Shown: piece by piece, positions 40,474 through 50,681 of the stretch
How positions within the stretch are numbered: position 1 is the stretch's first letter
How the letters are laid out: each line of letters begins with the position of its first letter
Source: a candidate division Kazan bacterium
Lineage (GTDB): Bacteria; Patescibacteriota; Kazan-3B-28
DNA length: 56,795 nucleotides
Direction of reading: 5' to 3'
Assembly: GCA_003647645.1 (NCBI GenBank)
Contig: QMNG01000004.1
Coordinates: 1 to 56,795 of the forward strand
The notes under the pieces: generated by a model
Told to the model about the DNA's origin: nothing
Database searches by the model: none
The model's input: only the letters and a program-made list of their open reading frames with translations
Program-made: the position numbers and the translations under genes

Positions 40474-41079
40474 ATGGCAGACAAAAAAGATACCACAGAG
40501 GAACAAGCAGCCGCTGATAGCGGGACCCCGCAGAACACGGTGGAGGAGAAAAAGGAGGAAGCCCCAAAGGAGGAACCTAAGGTCGAGTCCGGCTCCAGTT
40601 CTGGCGAAGCTACGCCGGACAAGGAAAAAGCAATGGTTGAGGAGCCCCAAGCTGAAGAATCTAAAGCTGAGCCGGCTAATCAAGTTGACACCAGCAAACT
40701 TTCCGATACGGCCAACAAAGTATTAGACATGGTTTCTGAAATGACTATATTGGAGCTGGCCGAACTAGTTAAGGTTCTAGAGGATAAGTTTGGAGTAAGC
40801 GCTGCTCCGGCTGTTGCAGCGGTAGCTGGCGGCGCGGCCGGCGAAGCGTCAGGCGAAACCGAGGGAAAAAGTACTTATAACGTCAATTTAACTGACACTG
40901 GCAGCAACAAAATCGGCGTGATCAAAGCAGTCCGTGAAGTTACAGAGCTGGGCTTGAAAGAAGCTAAAGATTTAGTTGAGGCTGCTCCCAAGCTTGTTCG
41001 CGAAAATGTCAAAAAGGAAGAAGCTGAAGAGATTAAGAAAAAGCTTGAAGCCGCTGGTGCCAAAGTGGAGTTAACTTAG
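40474..41079 (+). CDS. rplL: 50S ribosomal protein L7/L12 with long acidic N-terminal extension
   Basis: [39 protein letters not shown]; AGGAG SD before 40474. Confidence 0.95.
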   Translation: MADKKDTTEEQAAADSGTPQNTVEEKKEEAPKEEPKVESGSSSGEATPDKEKAMVEEPQAEESKAEPANQVDTSKLSDTANKVLDMVSEMTILELAELVKVLEDKFGVSAAPAVAAVAGGAAGEASGETEGKSTYNVNLTDTGSNKIGVIKAVREVTELGLKEAKDLVEAAPKLVRENVKKEEAEEIKKKLEAAGAKVELT

Positions 41080-41272
41080 CCGCATTTTGCGTGCCCAAAA
41101 CGCGGCGCAAAAGGGCACACCATTCACAAATTTATTAGTCAAAAAACAAAACTGCCTTACTGGCTATCGCTGAACTCGCTACGCTCGAACAGCAGCTTCG
41201 CCAACGGCAGTTTTGTAATTGACTGACATAATTTGCTCAATGGGGTATATTGGCTTCGCCAAGCGGAAGAGA
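41079..41272 (+). repeat. Dispersed structured element, copy C
   Basis: GCCGC..GCGGC hairpin, GTGCCC/GGGCAC, AACTC-GCTACGC-TCGAACAG, GCTCAATG, TTGGCTTCGCCAA. Confidence 0.88.
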
Positions 41273-41278
41273 TTTTTT

Positions 41279-42361
41279 ATGAGTATTGATTTTGAAATTA
41301 GGGCTAAGGATGGGAGGGCGAGGGCTGGTGTTATCACAACCAAGCGGGGAGAGATTAAAACTCCGACAGTGACGGTTAATTTTACCCCGGCGCTTTTGCG
41401 TAGTGGTTTAGAGCCGGCACAAGTTAAGGAATTAGGCGTGGATTTAGTATTAGTAAATACTTTGCATACATATTTATCAAATGTAGGCGATATTCATGAA
41501 TTTTTAGGTTGGGCTGGACCAGTGATGGCGGACTCTGGTGGCTTTCAGATGATTTCGCTAGCTGACAAGTTAAATGTGAAAAACCATGGAATTGAATTTA
41601 TCATTGATGAAAAAAAACTCTTTTTTACTCCAGAGAAAATTCTGGATATTCAGCGGAATATGAGTGTTGATTTGATGATGCCGCTTGATTATGTGGTCAG
41701 CGTGCGGAAAAAGAACATCTGGTTATTTGTTAAATCGGTAATTAGAACAGAACGTTGGTTCAAACAGACGCATACAACAGATTTTGATAATCTTTATTAC
41801 ATCGTGCAAGGTGGAACAAGCAGTTTGGCGCGCTATCTTAGTTTAAAAAATGCTAATGCATGGCTTAGCCGAGGCATATCGGCTGTAGCTCTGGGCGGCA
41901 TCTCTTTGGGTGAAACTAAGGACGAGATTTATCAAACGGTAAAATTTTGTTGTGACAGATTGCCAGAAGATAAACCACGGCACTTGTTGGGCGTAGGGGA
42001 GCCGGATGATCTAATTCGGTGTATTGGTTTAGGCGTCGATACTTTCGATTGTGTGGTAGCTACTCGCGAGGCTCGGCACGGCAGGGTATGGACCGGTAAA
42101 GGACCGATTCGCCTGTTAAAAAGTGATTATGCAGAAGATAGGCGAGTTATTGATGAGGATTGTGACTGTCCAACTTGCAGAGCGGGTAAAACCAGAGCCG
42201 AGCTTCGGGCGGGCTTGAAATTGGGGAACAGTGATACAAAAATTGACCTTATGCTCCACAATATTCGATTTATGATGCGGCTGATGGAACAGGCCCGACA
42301 GGCTATCGAAGATGGGGTATATTCTCAATTTCAAAACAGGTTTTGGAGATCACGTAAATAG
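41279..42361 (+). CDS. tgt: tRNA-guanine transglycosylase (divergent)
   Basis: DSGGFQ, IVQGG, PRHLLGVG, DTFDCV, CDCPTC...HN zinc site. Confidence 0.9.
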   Translation: MSIDFEIRAKDGRARAGVITTKRGEIKTPTVTVNFTPALLRSGLEPAQVKELGVDLVLVNTLHTYLSNVGDIHEFLGWAGPVMADSGGFQMISLADKLNVKNHGIEFIIDEKKLFFTPEKILDIQRNMSVDLMMPLDYVVSVRKKNIWLFVKSVIRTERWFKQTHTTDFDNLYYIVQGGTSSLARYLSLKNANAWLSRGISAVALGGISLGETKDEIYQTVKFCCDRLPEDKPRHLLGVGEPDDLIRCIGLGVDTFDCVVATREARHGRVWTGKGPIRLLKSDYAEDRRVIDEDCDCPTCRAGKTRAELRAGLKLGNSDTKIDLMLHNIRFMMRLMEQARQAIEDGVYSQFQNRFWRSRK

Positions 42362-42475
42362 CCCCGGGCGGACTACGCGCAATTATAAGTAGTTGAGATC
42401 ACTATCTGTATTGTGTGTTTGACAGATGAGAAGTATTTATGTATCCTGAATATCCACTCCCAGAGCTAATTTATT

Positions 42476-45400
42476 ATGATAGATAAAAATATGGGGGAAC
42501 AAGTTGAAGGAGAGGATTTAACTTCGGTTGAAGATGAAAAAGAATCTACTCCGTCCATTCCCGAAAGGCCAATCGGGGACAAAATTGAGCTTGTTGAAAC
42601 TGTCGAAGATTCCGACAGACAGCTCTTTGATAAGGAATACAAAGGTATTTCTCGGGAGCGAATTTACGACGATGAACGCTTTTGGAATGATCCCAAATAT
42701 CTGTCAATGTTGAACAAAGCTGTATTTCAAAGCATTGTCAGCTATGAGCTATATGAGAAAAGAAAAATTAAGAAGAAGGACATTGCAATAATCGATATAG
42801 ATATTCCCGATTCTACTGTTGGTTTGGAAGTGGCCCTAGAAAAATTCGAGAGAGAAGATATCACCAGAACACCAGACATCAAAGCGGTGGAAGACCATAT
42901 TCCGCTACTTTTGACAGTTCATGATTCGGTTGTTGATGTGTTTTACCAATGCGGTGTTAAGGGAGATAAGTTTTTTGGAGATGGAGCCAGGGGCCTATGT
43001 GAAGGTGGTGTAGATCAAGCAGTAGCAACTGCTAATCTCTTAAAGGAGAGTTTATCCCAGTACGGTTTAGATGTCCGTGTTGGTATAGATGTTGGTGACG
43101 TGACAATTATAGGCTGTGGAAATGAGAAAACTAAAAAAGCCTTTTTGATGGGCGACACAGTCAAAAATGCCGAGGCTATTCAAAAACATGCCCGGGTCGG
43201 TGATATTGCAATGTCTTTAGAAGCTCAGAAGAAAAAAAGAGGCCAAGCAGAAACAGACCTTTTGGAATGGACAAAGTATAGAGAAATACTCATAGCCCCC
43301 GATGAAATAAGACGAGAGATTAAAGCCAGGGAGGCCTTTTTGCCTGCCTCGAGAGTCAGGGAATTAAGATATCAGTACTTGAGCGGAGAAGAGCTTAGCC
43401 CCAGTGTGATTGAGGTCTGCACTTTGGTGATTGATCTGCCGGACATTGAAGACCGGCCATTTGATGAAGCTAACAGAATAATAACGGAAATTTTTGAGAT
43501 TATTACGAATTCTGGGGGTGAAATAGATAAAACAGACGGCCGGAAAATTATGGCTAACTTTCTTGCTGGTCGGAGTGATTTTGACGGCGTTCAGGCAGGT
43601 ATTAGACTAGTCGAAATACTTAAGGGTCTGAATGTCCCATTTAATATTGCTGCTGCCAGATCGAATGCTTTATCCGTGGTTATGGGCGGGGACAGAACTG
43701 TCATTGGCAGAGTGGCCAATCTTGCCTATCGCGAAGTTGTCGACAGCCCTGCGGGAGTTTTAACGATTGATGAGGATTTGATGAGGCGGGTGGAAACTCA
43801 AATCAAAAAGGGTGAATCGATTGGTGTATCGGAATATAAGGGAATAGGTCGGCGCGAAAGATTCGTTGTCTCCGAACTAAAGGGCTGGTATGAACTTGCC
43901 AGGGCAGAGAGGCTTTTGTTTAGACAGGATGAACTCGATGAGTTAAGCAAGGAATGCGGCCTTGTAGAGCAATCTGGCGGTCGCTGTCTGGCGATTGCTG
44001 GGAGACAAGGGTTTGGTAAATCTGCGCTTGTGGCTGAATTTTTGGCGATGAAAAAGAGAGAGGGATATAGCACGTATTTTGGCAGAGCGGAAGAATATAC
44101 GTCAAAACAGCAATTCGCGGTTTGGAGAGATTTGTTTAAGCGTATTTTTAATTTAGAAGAGATGAGCACAGAGGAAAGAACTGAAATGATACTGGGGAAA
44201 TTCCCACATTTGAGTGAGTCGCTGGCATTACTCGATCCAATTTTGGGAACCAAATTCGAAAGGACTACTTTAGTCAAATCATTGGAAACCCGTCCCAAGG
44301 ATATGAGAGAGATGCAGGCAGAAATAGTGGTTGAATTGCTCAGTACTCTATCCCGGAACAGCTCCAATGCGGCGGTAGTGCTGCTCGAGGATATGCAGTT
44401 TTTTGATGAAGATTCTCAAAGTCTACTGATAGAGGTTTTATATAAGATCAAGGATTCTAACTCTCTTTTAATTGTCACTACCAGACCGCATGATCTGGAA
44501 GGAACATTAAATCTGCCCCCGGAAGAATTTGGAAAGCTGGAAAATGTTGGAAAGATGGAAATAGGGAGCGTCCTACCGGTATTTGACGACGAAAAGTGGG
44601 AAAGGGTCAAGGAGGACTGGTGGACTGCAGCCAATTTGTGTGTACCACTGGACAGAACAGACTTTGAACAGGACGGTGATTTCTTCAAAAGAATGTTTAG
44701 GAAAATCTATGAGGAGACCGAGGGTAATTTTCGGGCGCTTCAAACCTATTTGCGTTCATGGACGGTCTACGGAGTTCAAAAAGGGTATTTTGAGGCCAAG
44801 GATAAAGTAGTTGATGGGAAATTGCAGACTGTTTATTCATTAGTTCGCGACAAAGATGGAAATCCAATGAGAATATCAGACGAGAATTTTAAAAAACTGG
44901 GTGATGTCAGCGGAATTGAAACAAGGCGCTTCCATAACTTGGAGTTGCCTAAGGTAAAAAATATATTGTTGAGTGCGTCTGTTATTGGTTCGAGCTTTTC
45001 CATAGATGAGTTGTTGTATGTTAGCGGCGGTCTGAATGAGGAAGAAGTTATCGGGTTGTTGGGAGAAGCTGAAAGGCGGGGATTCATCCGCCACATTGGA
45101 GGCGACATGTATGCTTTTGCCAACAATGAGATCAGCACAGCCATATATAGGACCCGCTCTGAGGAATTAGATCCAACTCTGCAGTATCAACATCGTTTGT
45201 TGGGTCAATACTACCACACAAAAAATCCTGACGATTTACACAAAATCGCCTTTCATCTTCGGCATAGCGATGATTATTTGGCAGCGCTTGAGGTCTTGGA
45301 TAAACTTGTACGACAATCCAAGAATTCTTTTTCATGGGAAACAATGCTGAATAGCGTTAACCATTCCAGCAAAATATTTGCCAAGATAAAAGGAGGCGGC

Positions 45401-46657
45401 GGGGAATGGCGAGCCATTCCGCCGTGGAGCAACGAGCAATTTGTTCAGTCGGAACCACAGAGCAAACTTGAAAAAGATAAGTTGATCAGTGGGGAAATTA
45501 ACAGATTATTGATAGCCTCAATAACATTACGACGGTTTAGGCGCGGAGACATTATGGAACCTGTTGATTTGGCACTGGATGAGTTTAAGAATTTAGAGAA
45601 CAAAGACAGAGAGTTGCCCACGAAAGAATTGATTACTTGGTGTAGGATCCTGATTTGTAAGGCATGCAACTATGATTTACTGAAGCAGATTGATAAGGCT
45701 GATGAAATATTTGAGCAACTCTTCAATATCACAAATTACAAATTTTGTCTTGGTGATGACAGTCCGGATGCAACCAACAGCGCGTTACACAAAATGATGT
45801 CAGACTTTTTATATTTTTACGGACTGCACTTATCAAAAAAGGGTCAGTATGAGTCTGCTATTGGTGAACTGGAAAAGGCGCTGGAATTCAGTACGGATCC
45901 GATCCAGGAGGCCAGGATAAGAAATGGTATCGGTGTCGAGAATATGAGAATCGGTGAGCTGGAACGGGCAAAACAGGAGTTTAAAACTTTAATATCATTA
46001 GCCGGTCAAAACCGGGATTTGAAAAAAAATCTGAATATATATTGGATGAACTTGGGCGAGGTGTATGAGCGTTTTGGAGAATTTGAGCTGGCGATGGATT
46101 GTTTTGATAAATCTATTGAGGCTGCAGACAAAGTGCAAAATGTTACAAGCCGACTTGGCACACGTGCTAATCAAGGTTTTGTAAGAAAATTTCAAGGAAG
46201 ATTTAAGGATGCTCTGCATATTTACCAAGAAGTTATCCAGCAAGCCGGTCGGAGGGGTATCGGAGAACTAACATCATTGTGCAAATCGGAATCAGTTTTT
46301 TGCTATTTTGAAATAGGAGATTATACAGAAGCCAGAAGAGCCATCAACAAATTGCAGGGCACAGAATTTCAGGGCAGAGGACTCACATTGACAGCCATTG
46401 AAAAGTTGCTGCTGGGAGAAAATGACACTGATTTGCTGGAAGATATATTCCTAAGAGGCAGTAAAAAAATGTTACAGGCAAAAATAGACCAACTTCATAT
46501 TGCGTTTGACAACTATTATTTTGGGAAAAAGCTACTACATCTGGGGCATCGGGATTTGGGCAAACAGCACCTATTGCAAGCCAGGGAATATTACCAAAGG
46601 AAACAAGTGCCAATGTTAATCTCTGAAATTGAGGCACTGCTTGAAGAACTTGTATAA
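42476..46657 (+). CDS. Tandem class III cyclase + STAND/AAA ATPase + TPR protein
   Basis: KFFGDG, VRVGIDVG, IGRVANLAYR, Walker A GRQGFGKS, Walker B LLEDMQ, TEGN, C-terminal TPR-like repeats. Confidence 0.85.
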   Translation: MIDKNMGEQVEGEDLTSVEDEKESTPSIPERPIGDKIELVETVEDSDRQLFDKEYKGISRERIYDDERFWNDPKYLSMLNKAVFQSIVSYELYEKRKIKKKDIAIIDIDIPDSTVGLEVALEKFEREDITRTPDIKAVEDHIPLLLTVHDSVVDVFYQCGVKGDKFFGDGARGLCEGGVDQAVATANLLKESLSQYGLDVRVGIDVGDVTIIGCGNEKTKKAFLMGDTVKNAEAIQKHARVGDIAMSLEAQKKKRGQAETDLLEWTKYREILIAPDEIRREIKAREAFLPASRVRELRYQYLSGEELSPSVIEVCTLVIDLPDIEDRPFDEANRIITEIFEIITNSGGEIDKTDGRKIMANFLAGRSDFDGVQAGIRLVEILKGLNVPFNIAAARSNALSVVMGGDRTVIGRVANLAYREVVDSPAGVLTIDEDLMRRVETQIKKGESIGVSEYKGIGRRERFVVSELKGWYELARAERLLFRQDELDELSKECGLVEQSGGRCLAIAGRQGFGKSALVAEFLAMKKREGYSTYFGRAEEYTSKQQFAVWRDLFKRIFNLEEMSTEERTEMILGKFPHLSESLALLDPILGTKFERTTLVKSLETRPKDMREMQAEIVVELLSTLSRNSSNAAVVLLEDMQFFDEDSQSLLIEVLYKIKDSNSLLIVTTRPHDLEGTLNLPPEEFGKLENVGKMEIGSVLPVFDDEKWERVKEDWWTAANLCVPLDRTDFEQDGDFFKRMFRKIYEETEGNFRALQTYLRSWTVYGVQKGYFEAKDKVVDGKLQTVYSLVRDKDGNPMRISDENFKKLGDVSGIETRRFHNLELPKVKNILLSASVIGSSFSIDELLYVSGGLNEEEVIGLLGEAERRGFIRHIGGDMYAFANNEISTAIYRTRSEELDPTLQYQHRLLGQYYHTKNPDDLHKIAFHLRHSDDYLAALEVLDKLVRQSKNSFSWETMLNSVNHSSKIFAKIKGGGGEWRAIPPWSNEQFVQSEPQSKLEKDKLISGEINRLLIASITLRRFRRGDIMEPVDLALDEFKNLENKDRELPTKELITWCRILICKACNYDLLKQIDKADEIFEQLFNITNYKFCLGDDSPDATNSALHKMMSDFLYFYGLHLSKKGQYESAIGELEKALEFSTDPIQEARIRNGIGVENMRIGELERAKQEFKTLISLAGQNRDLKKNLNIYWMNLGEVYERFGEFELAMDCFDKSIEAADKVQNVTSRLGTRANQGFVRKFQGRFKDALHIYQEVIQQAGRRGIGELTSLCKSESVFCYFEIGDYTEARRAINKLQGTEFQGRGLTLTAIEKLLLGENDTDLLEDIFLRGSKKMLQAKIDQLHIAFDNYYFGKKLLHLGHRDLGKQHLLQAREYYQRKQVPMLISEIEALLEELV

Positions 46658-46658
46658 T

Positions 46659-46694
46659 AAAAAACACCTCTCAACAGCCTGAGAGGTGTTTTTT
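46659..46694. terminator. Bidirectional terminator
   Basis: AAAAAACACCTCTCA...TGAGAGGTGTTTTTT. Confidence 0.8.
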
Positions 46695-46703
46695 ATATTT
46701 TAT

Positions 46704-46904
46704 TTAACTTGGGTCGTAAACATCATGCTCACCTCCGATATGCATTGGAGCGGCTGGTTCTCCAACTATCGGTTCTTCCGCAACCGGCCCCAGCCGGCTC
46801 ATGGCCAGAGAATATCCAAACAAGACACCTAACAGTAATACGATAGCCAGCACAACAATCAGCTCCGCTTCGAGCCAACGAACAGCTTTTTCATTTAATT
46901 TCAT
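46704..46904 (-). CDS. Small single-TM protein
   Basis: 66 aa, one hydrophobic helix. Confidence 0.6.
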   Translation of the reverse strand: MKLNEKAVRWLEAELIVVLAIVLLLGVLFGYSLAMSRLGPVAEEPIVGEPAAPMHIGGEHDVYDPS

Positions 46905-47000
46905 GATAAAACCATTAATGATATAAATTCATCTGTATTATATCCCGAACCGAGTCAGATTTCCAAAAAATATTCCGTCATAGGGGTTTGAAAAAATAAG

Positions 47001-47921
47001 TTATTTTACAATTTCTTCAAACAGAGTAGAAAACAGGTTGATCGGCTGTAAAAATTGGGATTGTAATAGAACAGCCATTATAGTGGTGGGGGCATGTTTA
47101 ACTGAGATTTCACAATAGGCAGTAGATTTGTTGGTTTTAGCAATGGCATATCCGCGACCGGGAGCAAGTCCAGTAACCAAACCCTTATTACTGATCCTAA
47201 TAATGTTTTTACTACTTTCCTCAACCTGCCAAATCGGATTAGATACAAGGGCCCGGCCAAGTTTATCTACTTCAACAGCTCGAAGCTGGATTTGTCCACC
47301 AACGGCGACTTCGGTTTCATCCGGAATGACAACCAGATCGGTTGCAGAGACCGATGCCAGCATAACTCCTGGATAACTTCTGTCTTTTACTTCAGTGAGA
47401 GCGGCAAAAGTGTTTTTATCCCCACCCTTAAATTTGAGAGTTATTTCTGAAGCTTTGTTCAGATTCACCAAAGCCTGTGACGGCGTAACGCTAATTCCGT
47501 TGACCTCTGCCGATTCATATCTGCCAGCCAGCCAAACCATACCACTGTATGGCCGGCTGAGATCTATTCTATATATGTAAGTTTTGTTATCGCTGGCTCC
47601 GCGAGTACCTTGGCGGGTAGTAATTAAATCTTGATTATCGCCCTGCCAGCCGGTGGTTACCCGGTAAAGATTTTTGTCGTCTGTGGCGGTAAAGTTAAGT
47701 CCATCTACTTCTATCTGATCAATAATTAGCTGACTGTTAGTCGGTGCACCGGGGTATGTAGTAATTGAATTTTCAACATTGCCTGTGCTGAGCGGAGCAG
47801 GCGATACATAAGCGGTAGTTCCGCCGATCATAACAGCTCCCAAAATTAAGACTGCTAAGCTCAGCCCCAGCTCGGCTTCGGCGAATCTGATTATTTTATG
47901 CAGTAAATTTTTGTTTTTCAT
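47001..47921 (-). CDS. Membrane-anchored protein with C-terminal Ig-like group 2 domain
   Basis: VAVGGQIQL...W.....I..ISNKGLVTGLAPG pattern. Confidence 0.75.
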   Translation of the reverse strand: MKNKNLLHKIIRFAEAELGLSLAVLILGAVMIGGTTAYVSPAPLSTGNVENSITTYPGAPTNSQLIIDQIEVDGLNFTATDDKNLYRVTTGWQGDNQDLITTRQGTRGASDNKTYIYRIDLSRPYSGMVWLAGRYESAEVNGISVTPSQALVNLNKASEITLKFKGGDKNTFAALTEVKDRSYPGVMLASVSATDLVVIPDETEVAVGGQIQLRAVEVDKLGRALVSNPIWQVEESSKNIIRISNKGLVTGLAPGRGYAIAKTNKSTAYCEISVKHAPTTIMAVLLQSQFLQPINLFSTLFEEIVK

Positions 47922-48007
47922 TCCGTTTGGAAATTTTTGTTTTTATCGAAGCAAGCAAAAGCTTCATTTGCTTTTTATTATATCATAAAAATATGTTTTC
48001 GTCAAGT

Positions 48008-48041
48008 AAATCAACGGCTCACGATGAGCCGTTGATTTTTT
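48008..48041. other. Strong inverted repeat between divergent genes (terminator-like)
   Basis: AAATCAACGGCTCA-CGA-TGAGCCGTTGATTT. Confidence 0.6.
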
Positions 48042-48066
48042 CGCCCTAGTATTAGATAATTTGTCT

Positions 48067-49149
48067 ATGTTATATGCGGTAATTGTAGCTGGCGGACAAG
48101 GCACTCGTCTGTGGCCTGTAAGTCGCAGAAACAATCCCAAACAGTTATATTCCTTTGATGGGGGCGAGACGCTGTTGCAAAGAACCTACAAGCGGATGCT
48201 TAAAGTTGTTCCGCGTGAACAGATTTTTATCGAAACAAACAAAGATTACAAAAAGGAAATTTTAGAACAACTGCCTAATATAGATAAAACCAACATAATT
48301 TTGGAACCAGCTTCGCGCAACACTGCTCCGGCTGTGGGACTGGCCGCAGCCGTGATTCAAAAGCTCGACGCTGATGCCACTATGATCAATGTTTGGGCGG
48401 ATCATTATATCGCAGATGAGAAACAATATAAGAACAAAATTTTGTTGGCTGATAAGCTGTTGCAAAAGCATCCGGGGTATTTGGTTAATATCGGATCTGA
48501 GCCGAAATATCCAGCTACAGCTTTTGGTTATTTAAAAACTAGCGGCAGGTTGGGTGTTATTAATGGTGAGGTCATATATAAGGTTTCTCAGTTTGTCGAA
48601 AAACCAAACCTTACTGCAGCTAAAAAATATGTTAGGGCCGGCAACTATTATTGGAACACAGCCCTTTTTGTCTGGAAGGTAAATACTCTTCTTGAGATGT
48701 ATCAGCAATATAAGCCGAAGATTTACGACGGTTTAATGAAAATTCAGGCTGCATGGGGCACGAATGATCAGGACAAAACAATAAACAGAATTTTTCCCAA
48801 ATTGGAGAAGGTAGCCATCGATTACGCTATATTTGAGAAGGCCAGAAACATTGCTCTAATTCCCGCTGATATTGGCTGGCGGGATATTGGCAGCTGGAGG
48901 GATGTGTATGATATTTTAAGCAAGACTGGCGGAACAATAGTGCAGAAGGGAAAAGTTCGAGCAATCCAGACAACTGACTCTTTGATTTTTAATGAGAATA
49001 AGGATAAATTAGTGGTTGTAATTGGTATGAACAATGTTGTAATAGTCGATACACAAGATGCTTTGCTGGTTATGCAGAAAGATCGGGACCAAACTATTAA
49101 GAACGTAATTAAAGAGATTGAAATTTCGAAAGAAGCAAAATTCTTATGA
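48067..49149 (+). CDS. manC: Mannose-1-phosphate guanylyltransferase
   Basis: AGGQGTRLWPVSR..PKQ, EPASRNTAPA, FVEKP, IDYAIFEK, WRDIGSW. Confidence 0.93.
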   Translation: MLYAVIVAGGQGTRLWPVSRRNNPKQLYSFDGGETLLQRTYKRMLKVVPREQIFIETNKDYKKEILEQLPNIDKTNIILEPASRNTAPAVGLAAAVIQKLDADATMINVWADHYIADEKQYKNKILLADKLLQKHPGYLVNIGSEPKYPATAFGYLKTSGRLGVINGEVIYKVSQFVEKPNLTAAKKYVRAGNYYWNTALFVWKVNTLLEMYQQYKPKIYDGLMKIQAAWGTNDQDKTINRIFPKLEKVAIDYAIFEKARNIALIPADIGWRDIGSWRDVYDILSKTGGTIVQKGKVRAIQTTDSLIFNENKDKLVVVIGMNNVVIVDTQDALLVMQKDRDQTIKNVIKEIEISKEAKFL

Positions 49150-49224
49150 ACTGAAATTAAGCATTGTGAATCAAAAATCAAAGAAAAATAAAAACACAAA
49201 TTTTAATTCGTAATCCTAGCTGAG

Positions 49225-50580
49225 ATGACAAAGCAGGTTTGGTTAATTAGTTTTATCGTTGTGGTGCTATTGGGAGCGCTGGTTATTGATTTTCCAGCTA
49301 TTGCAGAGTTTGTTGGATTCCCTGAAGGACAATTTCAAATAAGGCAAGGCCTGGACTTAAGCGGGGGAACCCATTTGGTATATCAAACAGACCTTACGGA
49401 TGTCGAACCAAAGGAGCGGTCCGACTCAGTTTCTGGTGTAGTTGAAGTGATTCGTAGACGAGTTGATGCTCTGGGAGTAGCCGAGCCGTCCATTCAAAAA
49501 ACCAGGGACAATTCGCGAGTCATCGTTGAATTGCCTGGAATTGATGATGTCAACGAAGCCATTTCATTGATCGGAGAAACAGCTGAGCTAGAATTCCGTG
49601 AGGGCATAGTTGGCAAGAGCATAGATGAAAACGGTTCTATGATTTCGAGCAACTATGACGACTGGGCAGATGTGGGCCTAACCGGGGCTAATTTTGTAAA
49701 GGCCGAAGTCCAGTTTGCCCAGGGCAGTACTGTTATTGTTTCGGAGCCGGAGGTAGTGATCAAATTTGACGCAGAAGGACGCCAGAAATTTGAGGAAGTT
49801 ACGGGGAGGAATATTAATAAGCCGCTGGCAATATTTTTAGACAAGCAGCTGCTTTCGGCACCCAAGGTAAAATCCAGAATAAATAGTGAAACCGCTGTTA
49901 TCTCGGGTGGTTTTGATCTACCCGAAGCAAAACGGTTAGCTATTCAGTTGAATGCCGGTGCTTTACCAGTGCCAATTGAACTGATTGCACAGAATAATAT
50001 TGGGGCGACACTAGGCGCTGAATCAATTCAGAAAAGTATTATCGCCGGACTGATTGGTTTATTGATGGTGATGCTATTTATGATTATCTACTATCGCCTG
50101 CCGGGTTTGGTCGCTGCGTTGGCTTTATCCATATATGCGTTAATTACTCTAGCCATATTCATTGCTATTCCAGTTACCCTGACATTGGCTGGCATCGCTG
50201 GTTTTGTACTGTCCGTCGGCATGGCCATTGATGCCAACATTTTGATATTTGAAAGAATGAAAGAGGAAGTTAGAAGGGGTAGTACTGTTAGATTGGCGAT
50301 TGATACCGGCTTTAAACGAGCGTGGACATCAATTCGCGATTCTAATATTGCCTCGTTGATTACTGTGGTAATTTTGTATTTTGGAGCCTCCGGCCTAATT
50401 CGCGGTTTTGCTGTAACATTGGGCATTGGTATTTTGGTCAGTTTGTTCACAGCCCTGACCTGTACTCACATCGTTTTACAGCTGCTAGCCAGCACCGGGT
50501 TGAGAAATAAGGCATCGCTGTGGATGGGGGGAGCATTAATAGGCCAGGATCAAAAGTCAGAAATTAAGAATCAAGCATAA
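49225..50580 (+). CDS. secD: Protein translocase subunit SecD
   Basis: GLDLSGG, RVDALGVAEP, AGALP, GMAIDANILIFER, DSN. Confidence 0.97.
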   Translation: MTKQVWLISFIVVVLLGALVIDFPAIAEFVGFPEGQFQIRQGLDLSGGTHLVYQTDLTDVEPKERSDSVSGVVEVIRRRVDALGVAEPSIQKTRDNSRVIVELPGIDDVNEAISLIGETAELEFREGIVGKSIDENGSMISSNYDDWADVGLTGANFVKAEVQFAQGSTVIVSEPEVVIKFDAEGRQKFEEVTGRNINKPLAIFLDKQLLSAPKVKSRINSETAVISGGFDLPEAKRLAIQLNAGALPVPIELIAQNNIGATLGAESIQKSIIAGLIGLLMVMLFMIIYYRLPGLVAALALSIYALITLAIFIAIPVTLTLAGIAGFVLSVGMAIDANILIFERMKEEVRRGSTVRLAIDTGFKRAWTSIRDSNIASLITVVILYFGASGLIRGFAVTLGIGILVSLFTALTCTHIVLQLLASTGLRNKASLWMGGALIGQDQKSEIKNQA

Positions 50581-50681
50581 TAAAGGAAGGGAATCTGTCT
50601 CGTTGGAAACGCACGAAAACGGGCTGACAGATAAAATAACAAAAACAGCTGTTAACAAACATAGCAAAAATTTCTAACAGG

